A DNA stretch of 64,000 bases from Trueperaceae bacterium (lineage in GTDB: Bacteria; Deinococcota; Deinococci; Deinococcales; Trueperaceae): positions 2,528,001 to 2,592,000 of the forward strand of contig OZ243956.1 in the NCBI GenBank assembly GCA_965214405.1. The letters are read 5' to 3'. The position numbers and the translations under genes are program-made. This document shows, piece after piece, positions 21,780 through 31,716 of the stretch. How positions within the stretch are numbered: the stretch's first letter is position 1; the number at the start of each line of letters is the position of its first letter. Below the pieces are notes generated by a model. That model searched no databases. It saw only the letters and a program-made list of their open reading frames with translations, and was not told the origin of the DNA.

Positions 21780-22697
21780 ATGTTCAGACGACCCAAATCT
21801 TTTCTTTTTACGGTTTTTCTTGTTCTCGCCCTCGCGTTCGCGCAGTCAGAGGAGCGCATCATTAGGATAGACTTTAGCGGCGGCTCGCAAAGCGCCCCCG
21901 ACTTGCGCTACGGCCCCTTCGTCTACACCCACCCCGACCCCGAAGGCATCGTCGCCACGGTTTCGAACCTCACCATCTACGCCCAAAACGCCGAACTCGC
22001 CGCGCCCGAGGGCGTGCTTATCGCGGAGGCCGAGGGGCAGCGCACGGCCTCGTTTACCGACGGGGTGCGGGTGGCGCGGGGGCGCTTGGAGGCCAATGGC
22101 CCCGGCCTCGTCTACAGCGAAACGACGGGCTTGGGCGTGATGGAAGGCCCCGCCGCCATCGTCGTCGCGCCCACCGAAGAAGGCGACAACCCCGTCAACA
22201 TCGGCGCGGACGAGGTCACCTTCGACGTAGACACCGACGTGAGCACGAGCCGGGGCAACGTCACGCTTCAAAACGGCAACCAGAGCGCCACCGCCGACGA
22301 ACTCGTGTTTGAAGAGGACCGCAACCTCGCCAAACTCACCAGCGAGGGGGCGCAGGTCACAGTCACGCGGCAAAAGGACGACGGCGACACCCTGACCATC
22401 ACCGCCGACGACACGCGCGCCCTGACGGAGGAGGATAGGCTGCTCTCGAGGGGCAGCGTCACCACCGTAGACGGCGACATCACCTCCACGGGCGATGTGG
22501 TGTGTTTTGACGACGCCACTTCTCAGGCTGAAATTATCGGCAACCCGGCGGTTTCGGTAAACGCGGCGCAGGGCATTACCCTGTCGGGCGCGAGACTGTT
22601 GCAGCGCACAGACATTGACGTGGTCGAGGTCATTGACGCGTCTCAGCCGAGCAACTGTGATGAGGCAGCCTTTAGCCTCACGAGCGAAGCGCAGTAG
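21780..22697 (+). CDS. LptA/OstA-family exported protein
   Basis: Signal peptide; repeated beta-jellyroll motifs (GNVTLQNGNQSATADELVF, ITSTGDVV, IIGNPAV). Confidence 0.72.
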   Translation: MFRRPKSFLFTVFLVLALAFAQSEERIIRIDFSGGSQSAPDLRYGPFVYTHPDPEGIVATVSNLTIYAQNAELAAPEGVLIAEAEGQRTASFTDGVRVARGRLEANGPGLVYSETTGLGVMEGPAAIVVAPTEEGDNPVNIGADEVTFDVDTDVSTSRGNVTLQNGNQSATADELVFEEDRNLAKLTSEGAQVTVTRQKDDGDTLTITADDTRALTEEDRLLSRGSVTTVDGDITSTGDVVCFDDATSQAEIIGNPAVSVNAAQGITLSGARLLQRTDIDVVEVIDASQPSNCDEAAFSLTSEAQ

Positions 22698-22715
22698 GCG
22701 TTATCATGAGGTAGC

Positions 22716-23639
22716 GTGATAAAACCTCTGCACATCCTTAAAGCCACAGCGATAATTTTGGTGGTCCTATGCGTGTGGGTTGGGGGCTCGAGCCTCGCCC
22801 AAGACACCACGCAAGAAACTGCCCAAGAAGCGCCCGACCAGCGCCCCACGCTGACTATCCAACGCGAGGGCGACGACCCCATCCAGGTGATTCAGAACGC
22901 GGAGAGCGCCGCGGGCGCGCGGTTCATCCCCGGTAACGGTAACTGCAAAGACGACGCCACCGTCTCCACCTTTCTCGCGCCCGCGCCGGGTTTTGTCGAG
23001 ATGCTCATCAACGACATGCGAATTACCTCGACGGTTGCGTTAGTCGAGAAGCCTAAAGCGGAGAATGGTGGCGGTAGCAGGGGAGGTAGCGGCGGGGCCG
23101 GTCAGACCAATGAGTCAGTCAACAACTCGAACGCCAACAATTCGAACAACGAGACCATCGAGATGTTTGGTGGTTCTTTGGACTTTAACGATACGTTGTG
23201 CCCCAAGAACGTCGAACGGAGCAGCGCCGCGGACGTGACCATCGAGCAGGGGCGCAGCACCACCAAGGGAACGCTGCTCAACTATGACAACGCCACGGGA
23301 GAGGGCGACTTGACGGGACCTGTTGCCCTCGAGCGCACCGCCGAAGGCGATTCCCCGGCTTTAAGCGTAAGCGCCACCGACGGCCTCACCATCAACGCGG
23401 ACGAGAACGTGAGCACCTTTCGCGGCGGCGTCCAGACCACGTCTGAGGGGCGCTCGAGCAGCGCGGACACGCTCGAGTACAACGAGGAAGCGGGCATCGC
23501 TATTCTGCGCGGCTCCCCCGCCCGCAGCCAGGAGGGTGACGACGTGGTCGAGGGTAGCGTCATCGAGTACGATATCAACTCGAACGACGTGGTGGTCAAG
23601 GAGAAGGTCAGAGGAACGTTTGAATACAACCGCGAGTGA
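22716..23639 (+). CDS. LptA/OstA-family exported protein
   Basis: Signal peptide; FRGGV..SSADTLEYNEEAGIAILRGSPA.SQEGDDVVEGSVIEYD is typical of LptA C-termini. Confidence 0.75.
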   Translation: MIKPLHILKATAIILVVLCVWVGGSSLAQDTTQETAQEAPDQRPTLTIQREGDDPIQVIQNAESAAGARFIPGNGNCKDDATVSTFLAPAPGFVEMLINDMRITSTVALVEKPKAENGGGSRGGSGGAGQTNESVNNSNANNSNNETIEMFGGSLDFNDTLCPKNVERSSAADVTIEQGRSTTKGTLLNYDNATGEGDLTGPVALERTAEGDSPALSVSATDGLTINADENVSTFRGGVQTTSEGRSSSADTLEYNEEAGIAILRGSPARSQEGDDVVEGSVIEYDINSNDVVVKEKVRGTFEYNRE

Positions 23640-23839
23640 GGTCAGGGCGAAGATAGTCGGGTGAGCAGAAAGTTGCATAGGAAGAAGAGGCTCCTTAGGC
23701 TTGGCGCTTGAGGAGAACGCTCTTACATTGACAAAAGAAATTGACAAAAGAAAGCGAGAGGCCTCGACAACCTTTCAAAGTGACATGCAGCCCCAGTCAA
23801 CGCTCAGGGTTAAAGTTGGGTACGAAAAATGATCGTGAG

Positions 23840-24223
23840 TCAGCGTTTGGGAAGGTGCAGCCGCAGGAGACCTTCGCGCAGGTGGGCGCTGCCCCGCTCC
23901 TCGGCGACCTCGGCGGGCAGGGTGACGGTGCGTTGGAAGTGACCGCCGGGGCGCTCTGACACGAGAACGTCCGCGTGCTCTTCCGGCGGCGCGCGCCGCC
24001 CCGCGACCGTCACGTCCCGGCCCTGCACGGCCACCTCGAGGTCTCGCTGTAACACGCCAGGTACTTCAACCACGAGTTCAAAGGCGTCGCCGAAGTCGAG
24101 TAAATCGACTCTGGGTGAGCCTTCTTCACCGATACCCAGGGTGTGACGCAGTTCGCCCACCCGGTCACGAAGCTCGAGGAGGCGTTGAAGATCGCCTCCG
24201 GGGTTGCGCTTGTCCAGTTCCAT
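23840..24223 (-). CDS. Small heat-shock protein (Hsp20/alpha-crystallin)
   Basis: PRVDL..VEVPGV...ERPGGHFQRTVTLP...AHLREGLLRLHLPK. Confidence 0.9.
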   Translation of the reverse strand: MELDKRNPGGDLQRLLELRDRVGELRHTLGIGEEGSPRVDLLDFGDAFELVVEVPGVLQRDLEVAVQGRDVTVAGRRAPPEEHADVLVSERPGGHFQRTVTLPAEVAEERGSAHLREGLLRLHLPKR

Positions 24224-24314
24224 AGGGCCGAGTGTAGCATCCCCTCACGCGAGCACTGTTACCACGAGCACTCTAAAATTGGGGAGACGCTAAAATAATG
24301 CTTGTGACGCACCC

Positions 24315-25211
24315 GTGACCCAAACTATACCCGTTCTCGCCGGTCCCACCGCCTCGGGAAAAAGCGCGCTGGCCCTGAATTTTGCTGAAACTTTTCCACT
24401 AGAAATCATCTCCGCCGACGCCATGATGGTCTACCGCGGGATGAATATTGGCACGGCCAAGCCCACACGTGAGGAGCGGGCGAGGGTGCCGCATCACCTT
24501 ATCGACGTGGTGAATCCTGACGAACTCTTCAACGTCGCGGATTTTGTTCGTTTGGCGGAGCAGGCCGTTAATGAGGTGCTAGCGCGGGATGCGCTGCCCC
24601 TCGTGGTCGGCGGCACGGGCTTTTATATCCGCGCTCTCTCAGAAGGGTTGCCGACGGTGCCCCCCGCAAGCCCCGCGCGGCAGGCGGAACTGTGGGAGGT
24701 TTTTGAGCGTGAGGGTTTGGAGCCGTTGCAGCGGGAACTTCACGCCTTTAGCCCTGAAGACGCCAGACGCGCCCAACGCAACCCGCGGCGGGTGGTGCGG
24801 GCGCTCGAGATCATCCGCCTAACCAACCGCCCACCGAGCAGCTTCGGGCGGACGACACCCCGCTTTGCTTACGACAAACGGGTCTTGCTACCGTCTGTGG
24901 GGGTGCTCGAGCCGCGCATCAAAGCGCGCACCGAACGGATGTTCCAGCAGGGTTTGGTGGACGAGGTGAGGACGTTGCTAGAACGCTTTCCCAGCAGGCC
25001 GACCGCGGTGCAGGCTATCGGCTACAAGGAGGTCACCACGTTTTTAGAAGGACGTGCGTCTTTAGATGAAACGAAAGACGCCGTGACGTTGGCGACGACG
25101 CAATACGCCAAGCGGCAACGGACGTGGTTTAGACGAGAACCCGGCGCGGTGCTTGTGCCTCACCTTGGTCAAGAGGTAAAAGAGGAGCTTGTGGGGTGGC
25201 TCGAGCCCTAA
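24315..25211 (+). CDS. miaA: tRNA dimethylallyltransferase
   Basis: GPTASGKS, DAMMVYRGMNIGTAKP, PHHLID, VGGTGFY, AIGYKE, YAKRQRTW. Confidence 0.95.
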   Translation: MTQTIPVLAGPTASGKSALALNFAETFPLEIISADAMMVYRGMNIGTAKPTREERARVPHHLIDVVNPDELFNVADFVRLAEQAVNEVLARDALPLVVGGTGFYIRALSEGLPTVPPASPARQAELWEVFEREGLEPLQRELHAFSPEDARRAQRNPRRVVRALEIIRLTNRPPSSFGRTTPRFAYDKRVLLPSVGVLEPRIKARTERMFQQGLVDEVRTLLERFPSRPTAVQAIGYKEVTTFLEGRASLDETKDAVTLATTQYAKRQRTWFRREPGAVLVPHLGQEVKEELVGWLEP

Positions 25212-25222
25212 AACGAATAACC

Positions 25223-25687
25223 CTAACGAATCCTTTTACCCTCGAACGACGCGTGCGTTTCTAAGTAGCGCAGCCAGCCGCGCAGGGTGAGGGGGCCAAA
25301 CTGGTTGTGTGGGACCGTCAGAGCGGGGTCAACGCCCTCTTGGGAAAGCTTGTCGGCCAGCTCGAGCGTCTCCCCACGCGCCCCTGAAAACTCCTCCTGG
25401 AGCGTGCGCCAGTCGGTATCCGGCGCGGGTTTGTAGGCGCGGCTCTCGTCCGTCACGAAGGGCTCACCCAGCCCCACCCTGAGCCGCCGCTGTCCCCACC
25501 GTTCGATGCTGATGATGTGGCGCAGTTTCCTGCGGTTCTTGTCGCTATCTTCCGCGCCCGCAAAACGCCGCGCCAGCCCCTCGCCCGACGTCTGCAATGT
25601 CGCGGTCAACTCGCCTAAGCTGCGGCTGCTGGCGGGCCGCTCGAGCATCAGGTATCTAAAAAGACGTGAAGCCGTGTTTCTGATCAT
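25223..25687 (-). CDS. DinB-family protein
   Basis: LRHIISIE...PHNQFGPLTLRGWLRYLETHASFE helical His pattern. Confidence 0.7.
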   Translation of the reverse strand: MIRNTASRLFRYLMLERPASSRSLGELTATLQTSGEGLARRFAGAEDSDKNRRKLRHIISIERWGQRRLRVGLGEPFVTDESRAYKPAPDTDWRTLQEEFSGARGETLELADKLSQEGVDPALTVPHNQFGPLTLRGWLRYLETHASFEGKRIR

Positions 25688-25786
25688 GGTCTCCTCGGAT
25701 GCACGTTACCCTTATATTTAACGCTTTACCGCGTCTCAGTGAATAGTCACATCAAGGCGCGACCATCTCGCGCCACGAAAACGCGT

Positions 25787-26944
25787 TTAACCAGGTGCTT
25801 CCACCGCGTCTTCGGGTCTGTCCGCCTTGTCGTCTCCCCGACCCTTTTTCTTGAAAAAGCCCCGGACGCGCTCGAGTAGAGTCTCGTGCGCCTCGACCCG
25901 CTCGCCCACCTCCTCGGCGTAGGCCTCGAGCAGGTCACGCGCCTTGGGGCTAAGCTTTTTGGGCACCTCGACCTGCGCGCTTATCACAAGGTCGCCCGTG
26001 CCGACCTGCCGGAGGCGGGGCATCCCCTTGCCGCGCAAGCGAAACTCGGTGCCGGGTTGGGTGCCCGCGGGCACGTTGAGCACCTCGGGCTCGTCCATCG
26101 TCGGCACCTCAAAGGCGCAGCCCAGCGCGGCCTGCACCAGCCCGAGCGGGAGCCGGTAGTGGAGGTCGTCACCCTGCCGCGTAAAGTGTGGGTGGGCTTC
26201 TAACTCGGTATAGACGTACAGATCGCCGGACCGCCCGCCGTCCACGCCCGCGTTCCCCTCGCCCGTGAGGCGCAGCCGGTAGCCCCCGTCGATGCCCTTG
26301 GGCAGCCCCACCTCAACCTCGTCATCGACCCGCATCCGACCACTGCCTAAGCACTTGCCGCAGGGCGTGATGACGACTTCGCCCAGACCGTGGCACTGCG
26401 GGCACACCTGGTTAGTCACGACGGTGCCGAAGAATGACTGCGCCTGCGCGCGCACCGCGCCCGCGCCGCGGCAGGTCGGGCAGGTTTTGCGGCCCTCACT
26501 GCCCGGTTCCGCCCTCGAGCCCTCGCAGCGGTCGCAGACGGTAAAGCGCGAGACAGTCGTGGTCACCGTCGCCCCGACGCGCGCCTCCTCGAGCGTGATG
26601 CTAAGACGCGTCTCTAAATCCTCGCCGTCTTGACCCCGGCGCACCCGCGCGCCCGCACCCCCGCCGAAGCCGCCGCCAAAGACCGAGGCGAAAATGTCGA
26701 AGATGTCACCGCCCATGCCCACCTGCGGGTCGGCGGTGCCGTAGCGGTCGTAGCGGGCGCGCTTCTCGGGGTCCGAGAGCACCGCGTAGGCTTCGTTAAT
26801 CTTTTTGAACGTCTCCTCCGCCTCCGCGTCGCCGGGGTTGCGGTCCGGGTGGTACTGGAGCGCTAATCTGCGGTAGGACGTTTTTATGGTCGTCCCGTCG
26901 GCGTCTCGAGCCACTTTCAAAGTTTCGTAATAGTCTATCTTCAT
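25787..26944 (-). CDS. dnaJ: Molecular chaperone DnaJ
   Basis: J-domain HPDRN, G/F region, four CxxCxGxG zinc motifs; ATG 26944 (MKIDYYE). Confidence 0.95.
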   Translation of the reverse strand: MKIDYYETLKVARDADGTTIKTSYRRLALQYHPDRNPGDAEAEETFKKINEAYAVLSDPEKRARYDRYGTADPQVGMGGDIFDIFASVFGGGFGGGAGARVRRGQDGEDLETRLSITLEEARVGATVTTTVSRFTVCDRCEGSRAEPGSEGRKTCPTCRGAGAVRAQAQSFFGTVVTNQVCPQCHGLGEVVITPCGKCLGSGRMRVDDEVEVGLPKGIDGGYRLRLTGEGNAGVDGGRSGDLYVYTELEAHPHFTRQGDDLHYRLPLGLVQAALGCAFEVPTMDEPEVLNVPAGTQPGTEFRLRGKGMPRLRQVGTGDLVISAQVEVPKKLSPKARDLLEAYAEEVGERVEAHETLLERVRGFFKKKGRGDDKADRPEDAVEAPG

Positions 26945-27061
26945 CAAGTAAGCAGTATAACGAAGCCCCGCAAAAACGTTGTATAACACCGCTCAACTTT
27001 GCTGAGCACGGCTAAACAAGGCGCGGCGGGAGGGGAAGCGGGAAGGAAAGAAGTATCCGCG

Positions 27062-27454
27062 TCAGCCCTCACGTTTAAGCGCGCGCAGCTTCTCAGTCGC
27101 TTCGTCGGCTTTGATGTCTCCCTTCTCGAGCGCTTCCAAGATCTCTGTGCGCTCGCTTCGCACGTCCTCCAGGGGTTCGTACCCGAGCGCCTTGAGGAGC
27201 CCCTCGAAGCGCAAACGAATGGTGGGGTACGAGAGCCCCAGCACGCGCTCGACCTCTTTGAGGTTGCCGCGCACCTTGACGAAAAGCCGTAAAAACTCCA
27301 GATGCTCGGGCGGCAGAAGCGCGAACTCGTTGGGCGTAAAGCGCCCCTCGATGGTGATGCCGCTCTCCTTGGCCTCGAGCCGGGTAATCTCTAAGGGCTC
27401 GCCGGTCACGGGTGCGTGGGCGGGCATGGGCAGTTTCACTTTGGCGTCAGGCAT
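27062..27454 (-). CDS. DUF2089-family HTH protein
   Basis: RGNLKEVERVLGLSYPTIRLR plus C-terminal ILEALEKGDI..EA. Confidence 0.85.
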   Translation of the reverse strand: MPDAKVKLPMPAHAPVTGEPLEITRLEAKESGITIEGRFTPNEFALLPPEHLEFLRLFVKVRGNLKEVERVLGLSYPTIRLRFEGLLKALGYEPLEDVRSERTEILEALEKGDIKADEATEKLRALKREG

Positions 27455-28361
27455 CCTCCACCGCCAGCTCCAGGTTACCTGCTGTCTGCTTGACTTCCAA
27501 ACTCGCGCGGCCCGCGCCGACTGCGCCGTGAAACCTGCCTCCGACGTAGTTGCGTCCGCGTTCGAAAACGAACGCGCCGCCCCTCGTCTCGACGCCCCCC
27601 ACCTTGACCTCGCCCGCTACGGTGACGCTCGAGCCCGGCAGAAAGCGAAGCTCGCCGTTGCCCGCCTTGAGCTCGAGTCGGTGTTCGCCTTCGGTCAACT
27701 TAAGTGACGCATCCAGGTTCCCCGCCTTCATGTCCAGTTGGATGCCGCCGAGCGCCCGCGCGTCCAGATTACCCGCCAGCATCTTGCCCTTTAAGAAGGG
27801 CACGTCGTAGAGGTCGACGTTACCACCCTTCATGTTGAGGGCAACGCCGTAACCCGCAGGCAACCTTAGCTCCACGCTTCTTTGATTCAAAAGGTTGTTC
27901 AAAAAGTCTTCCTTTCGAACCTGCCGCACCGCGTAATCCCTTCCCTCCTGCGTCAGCGTGACCTCGCCCTCCGTGGTGGGAACTTCTAGACGTTCATCGA
28001 CCCGGACCTCCAAATTGCCCGCGAACATGGTGACCCGAACCCAGCGCAGGCCGTTGGTAACATCCCCCTTAGTGTCCCCATTCGGTGAGGTTGCGCCGGG
28101 TGGAGGGGGCGGTGTTTCTCCCGGCGGTGCGGGCGGCGCGGGTGGCGCGAGGGGCGCGTTACCGGTTCCCTCCACCCTGTTTTCTTGTTTGTTCTCTCCT
28201 CGAGCGCCCTCTTCAGACGTAGCATCCGGATTAAGGTCTTCCGGATTGGTGACGACGTCCGCCTCGTCTTTGTCACCCAGCGCTTCCAAAAGCGCCTCGG
28301 CTTCCTCCGGACTGATTTTTCCCTCGTCCAACAGGGCTCTCACGCGGTCTTGTTCGCTCAT
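27447..28361 (-). CDS. SHOCT-like N-terminus, Pro-rich linker and beta-repeat (DUF4097-like) protein
   Basis: LLDEGKISPEEAEALLEAL; repeated MKAGNL/AGN motifs; coupled to the DUF2089 gene. Confidence 0.7.
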   Translation of the reverse strand: MSEQDRVRALLDEGKISPEEAEALLEALGDKDEADVVTNPEDLNPDATSEEGARGENKQENRVEGTGNAPLAPPAPPAPPGETPPPPPGATSPNGDTKGDVTNGLRWVRVTMFAGNLEVRVDERLEVPTTEGEVTLTQEGRDYAVRQVRKEDFLNNLLNQRSVELRLPAGYGVALNMKGGNVDLYDVPFLKGKMLAGNLDARALGGIQLDMKAGNLDASLKLTEGEHRLELKAGNGELRFLPGSSVTVAGEVKVGGVETRGGAFVFERGRNYVGGRFHGAVGAGRASLEVKQTAGNLELAVEDA

Positions 28362-28549
28362 AACGTCCTCGCTTTCCTAGAGGGTGCTTGCGGCTCGAGC
28401 CGCTCCGCCAACCCGCGCAAAAGCGCCGCCGAACGCTCCCGCCAGGATTTGCCTATAATTCCCTTACACAAACGCGCCACCTCCGCCTCACGCCTGTAAC
28501 GCCAACACTTTTCACGCGCTTCCCTCTCCCCTGTTGAATTTTGGAACAT
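28358..28549 (-). CDS. Small hypothetical protein, first gene of the DUF4097/DUF2089 operon
   Basis: AAGGAGG RBS 6 nt before ATG 28549; ATGA overlap with the next gene. Confidence 0.55.
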   Translation of the reverse strand: MFQNSTGEREAREKCWRYRREAEVARLCKGIIGKSWRERSAALLRGLAERLEPQAPSRKARTL

Positions 28550-28796
28550 CGCATACCTCCTTGCTAAGATACTAACGAGTAGTTTACATTTTGTCAAGCT
28601 TTGTTTTATATTTAACTAATTTTTTATCAACTAATTTTACATCTCTATTCTTTTTAATGATGAATTATAACTTGATGATTCGGGATAGCCGGATACTCGC
28701 AAGCGTCCTCCCTTTGTATGCTTCACGTGAATTTACAGCCTCTCCCCTACCTATACTCGCATTGAACAGAACTTACGCACTTTTGAGAGGAGCAAG

Positions 28797-29333
28797 ATGA
28801 AAACTCTGCTGTGGATAATGACGCTTTGTTTTATGACGGGTGGCGCTTTGGCGCAGGACACGGGTGGCGCGACGGGGGGTGGCGCGGACGTGCCCGCGAC
28901 GGTGGTCGATGTTGCCTCGAGTAACCCGGACTTCAGTACGCTGACCGTGGCGCTGTTACAGGCGGATTTGGTGGATGTGCTGAGCGGCGAGGGACCCTTT
29001 ACCGTTTTCGCCCCGACGAATGAGGCGTTTGCGGCGCTGCTCGAGGCGCTAAACCTCACTCCCGAAGAGCTTTTTGCGCGGGGTGACTTGAGCGATATTC
29101 TCACCTATCATGTGGTTCCCGGTAAGCTTAATGCCGAAGACATTGTGGCGGAAGTGGAGGCCGGAGGAGGTACGGCGGCGCTAGGAACCGCCCACGCAAC
29201 CGCTATCAACGTCACGGTGATGGACGGTGAAATCGTCATCAACGACAGCGCCAGGGTCATAGCGGCAGATACCGAAGCGGGTAACGGCGTTGTGCATGTC
29301 ATTGATGTTGTTCTTGTACCGCCCTCAGAGTGA
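28797..29333 (+). CDS. Fasciclin (FAS1) domain exported protein
   Basis: Signal peptide; GPFTVFAPTNEAF, ILTYHVV, NGVVHVIDVVL. Confidence 0.93.
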   Translation: MKTLLWIMTLCFMTGGALAQDTGGATGGGADVPATVVDVASSNPDFSTLTVALLQADLVDVLSGEGPFTVFAPTNEAFAALLEALNLTPEELFARGDLSDILTYHVVPGKLNAEDIVAEVEAGGGTAALGTAHATAINVTVMDGEIVINDSARVIAADTEAGNGVVHVIDVVLVPPSE

Positions 29334-29428
29334 GCCGCCATCCGGGATAAGGAGCACCTGATCTAACGAACACGTTTATAGGGAACGGTTGTGGGTTCTA
29401 CCCCTACCTTTCGGGTACGCTGTAGCGC

Positions 29429-30334
29429 ATGGCCGCTCTTCAAACCGCCCTCGAGGTGGTGTTCCCCACCTTTTTCTTGATTGGCTTGGGTGCTCTTGCT
29501 GATAGGGTTTTGCTCGAGCTAAACATGGAGACGTTGGCGCGGCTCAGCGTCTATTTTCTCATTCCCGCGCTCGTGTTTAACGCCGTAGCGCAGACGGCGC
29601 TGAGTCTGGGGGCGGCTTCTCTCATTGCAGTTGCGTACCTGCTCTACCTGCTTATTCTTGGGTTCGTGTCGGCCTTTGGCTCAGTGGGCCTGAGCGCCGC
29701 ACAGACGCGGGGCGTGGTCGTAACCAGCCTTTTCGGCAACACGGGCAACATGGGACTGCCTATTACCCTTTTCGCTTATGGGGTAGCGGGTTTTGAACGC
29801 GCTGTGATTATCTTCGTGGTGTCGCTCGTCGTTATGTTTGTCATCGGGCCGACCGTGCTTTCCGGAACCCGCGCGTCCCTGGGTAGCAGGGTTAAAGAAG
29901 CGCTCAAGCTCCCCCCTATCTGGGCGGCCTTGGCCGGGCTGGTTGTCAACGTGACGCACCTGAATCTTCCTGAAAGTGTCACGCAGGGCGTATCCCTTTT
30001 GGGAAGCGCCGCCATCCCCATCATGCTGCTGTCGCTGGGCATCCAGATGCACCGCTCCTGGGTGTGGGCCGTAGGAGAGGCCGCCGTACGCAGCTTCGGC
30101 CTGAGACTGCTGATAGGCCCGTTTATCGCCTACGGTGTGGGGCGGGTGCTCAGCCTACAGGCACTGGACCTGAAGGTCCTGGTTCTCAGCGCCGCGATGC
30201 CCGCCGCGGTCACGATGTTTGTGATTGCTGTGGAGGTTGGAGGTGACTACGAGGGCGTGGCGCGTTCTGTAATTGCCACGACGGTAGGTTCATTTGCCGC
30301 CATTACAGCCGTGATTTTTCTCTTGCCCGCATAA
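29429..30334 (+). CDS. AEC (auxin efflux carrier)-family transporter
   Basis: FGNTGNMGLP, AIPIMLLSLG, AAMPAA; multiple transmembrane segments. Confidence 0.88.
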   Translation: MAALQTALEVVFPTFFLIGLGALADRVLLELNMETLARLSVYFLIPALVFNAVAQTALSLGAASLIAVAYLLYLLILGFVSAFGSVGLSAAQTRGVVVTSLFGNTGNMGLPITLFAYGVAGFERAVIIFVVSLVVMFVIGPTVLSGTRASLGSRVKEALKLPPIWAALAGLVVNVTHLNLPESVTQGVSLLGSAAIPIMLLSLGIQMHRSWVWAVGEAAVRSFGLRLLIGPFIAYGVGRVLSLQALDLKVLVLSAAMPAAVTMFVIAVEVGGDYEGVARSVIATTVGSFAAITAVIFLLPA

Positions 30335-30464
30335 TCAAAAGCGTGTTTTTTATGTTAAGGGTATATGTATTTTGCTTCTCTATGCAATAAAGAGTAGGCA
30401 AGAAAGAACAGGCAAAAAAGCTGTAGAGACGAACACTATCCTCATCAACCCCACAGTAACAGCG

Positions 30465-30902
30465 CTAGAGCTTACAACCGGGGCAAACGCCCTTCAGCTC
30501 GAGCGTCGGTTCCTCTACCTGCCAGCCGGACGCCGCCTCTGCATGTTTTTTAAGAAACTTGGCTGGCGAACCGCCCTCGACCTCGGGAATGGGCAAGTCG
30601 ACCACAGCGCCACATCCCTTGCAAAGAAGGTGGTGGTGCGGCTTGACGTTGCTGTCATAGAGCGCTTCTCCGCCAACGCCGCTAAACTCACGAATCAGCC
30701 CCGCACCGCGTAGTACACCCAAGTTGAGATAGACTGTGGATAAACTTAGGTCTTCGCCGCGCTGCTTGAGTTCGAGGTAAAGCTGCTCCGCGCTGATGTG
30801 CATATTACGTTCACCAAACAAGCTCAAGATAACCTCTCGAGGCTTGCTGTAGCGAAGCCTATGCACTTTAAGGGTAGTTCTAATCTTCTCCTTATCGTTC
30901 AT
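30465..30902 (-). CDS. Fur-family transcriptional regulator (PerR/Fur-like)
   Basis: HISAEQLY, SLSTVYLNL, HHHLLCKGCG, GVCPGC. Confidence 0.92.
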   Translation of the reverse strand: MNDKEKIRTTLKVHRLRYSKPREVILSLFGERNMHISAEQLYLELKQRGEDLSLSTVYLNLGVLRGAGLIREFSGVGGEALYDSNVKPHHHLLCKGCGAVVDLPIPEVEGGSPAKFLKKHAEAASGWQVEEPTLELKGVCPGCKL

Positions 30903-31125
30903 ACTTTCTAAACTGCCTTCCTCAACGCTGCTCTATGTACCGCTTCATACCGTTAACGGTACTGCAATACCTTTTTATAGAGTTAAGCATAACACAAAAC
31001 TCTCTTTGTCGGAATAACTCCGAAATTTCAAACTAGAGATTCATCGATAAAGATTCCAACACTCCGGAGCAGTGTAATGATTCTGTTTGAGCGTAATGTC
31101 CGTTTTTTCTACGCTTAGATTCGCT

Positions 31126-31653
31126 ATGACAGACGCTCTTTCCCTGCTAACGGTCCGCGCTTGGTTCAAACCTAAAGATACAGCCCCTCAGCTCATTCAG
31201 CGGTTCGATCTTAAAACACTCACGATTCTTTACATTGTTCTCTCAGCCGTGAATGTAGTAGTCACGCAATCAGCAGCCAGCGTGCCTATTTATGTCTCTG
31301 TGACTGGACACTTGCTTGCTCCTACCGCGTTTGTTTTGATAGCCAAATGGGTAATTAAGAAGTCTTGGCTGGCGCTTTTAGAGATAGGTTTTCTGGGTGC
31401 TATTGTCATTACGCCTTTGAGTCTGCTCTCTAACTTCCCTATTGCTTCTCCCGCACCTGACGGATCAAATTTGGTCCTTCTGTCTATCTTGGGTCTCCTC
31501 TACTTACCTTTGAATGTTTGGATCATCGTTATTCAGCTTCAGCTATATAGCACAATGCTAAATATACGAAAACGTGCAGTTTTTGTGATCCTCATAGCAG
31601 TAGCGGCTACTATCATTGGCATCAATCTGTTACTGCTTCAGCTTACGTCCTAA
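31126..31653 (+). CDS. Hypothetical multi-pass membrane protein (AT-rich gene)
   Basis: About five hydrophobic segments; followed by a terminator hairpin; start uncertain. Confidence 0.55.
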   Translation: MTDALSLLTVRAWFKPKDTAPQLIQRFDLKTLTILYIVLSAVNVVVTQSAASVPIYVSVTGHLLAPTAFVLIAKWVIKKSWLALLEIGFLGAIVITPLSLLSNFPIASPAPDGSNLVLLSILGLLYLPLNVWIIVIQLQLYSTMLNIRKRAVFVILIAVAATIIGINLLLLQLTS

Positions 31654-31668
31654 ACCAAGCTCAACTGC

Positions 31669-31706
31669 AAAAGGACTGAGAGCGCTGTTTTCACCTCAGT
31701 CCTTTT
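31669..31706. terminator. Bidirectional intrinsic terminator
   Basis: AAAAGGACTGAG...CTCAGTCCTTTT between convergent genes. Confidence 0.75.
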
Positions 31707-31716
31707 CTCTTTAAGA

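Noticed and set aside
30735..30743. Perfect DnaA box TGTGGATAA inside the Fur-family gene
   Set aside because: It is a single box coinciding with the conserved LSTVY codons; chance is sufficient.
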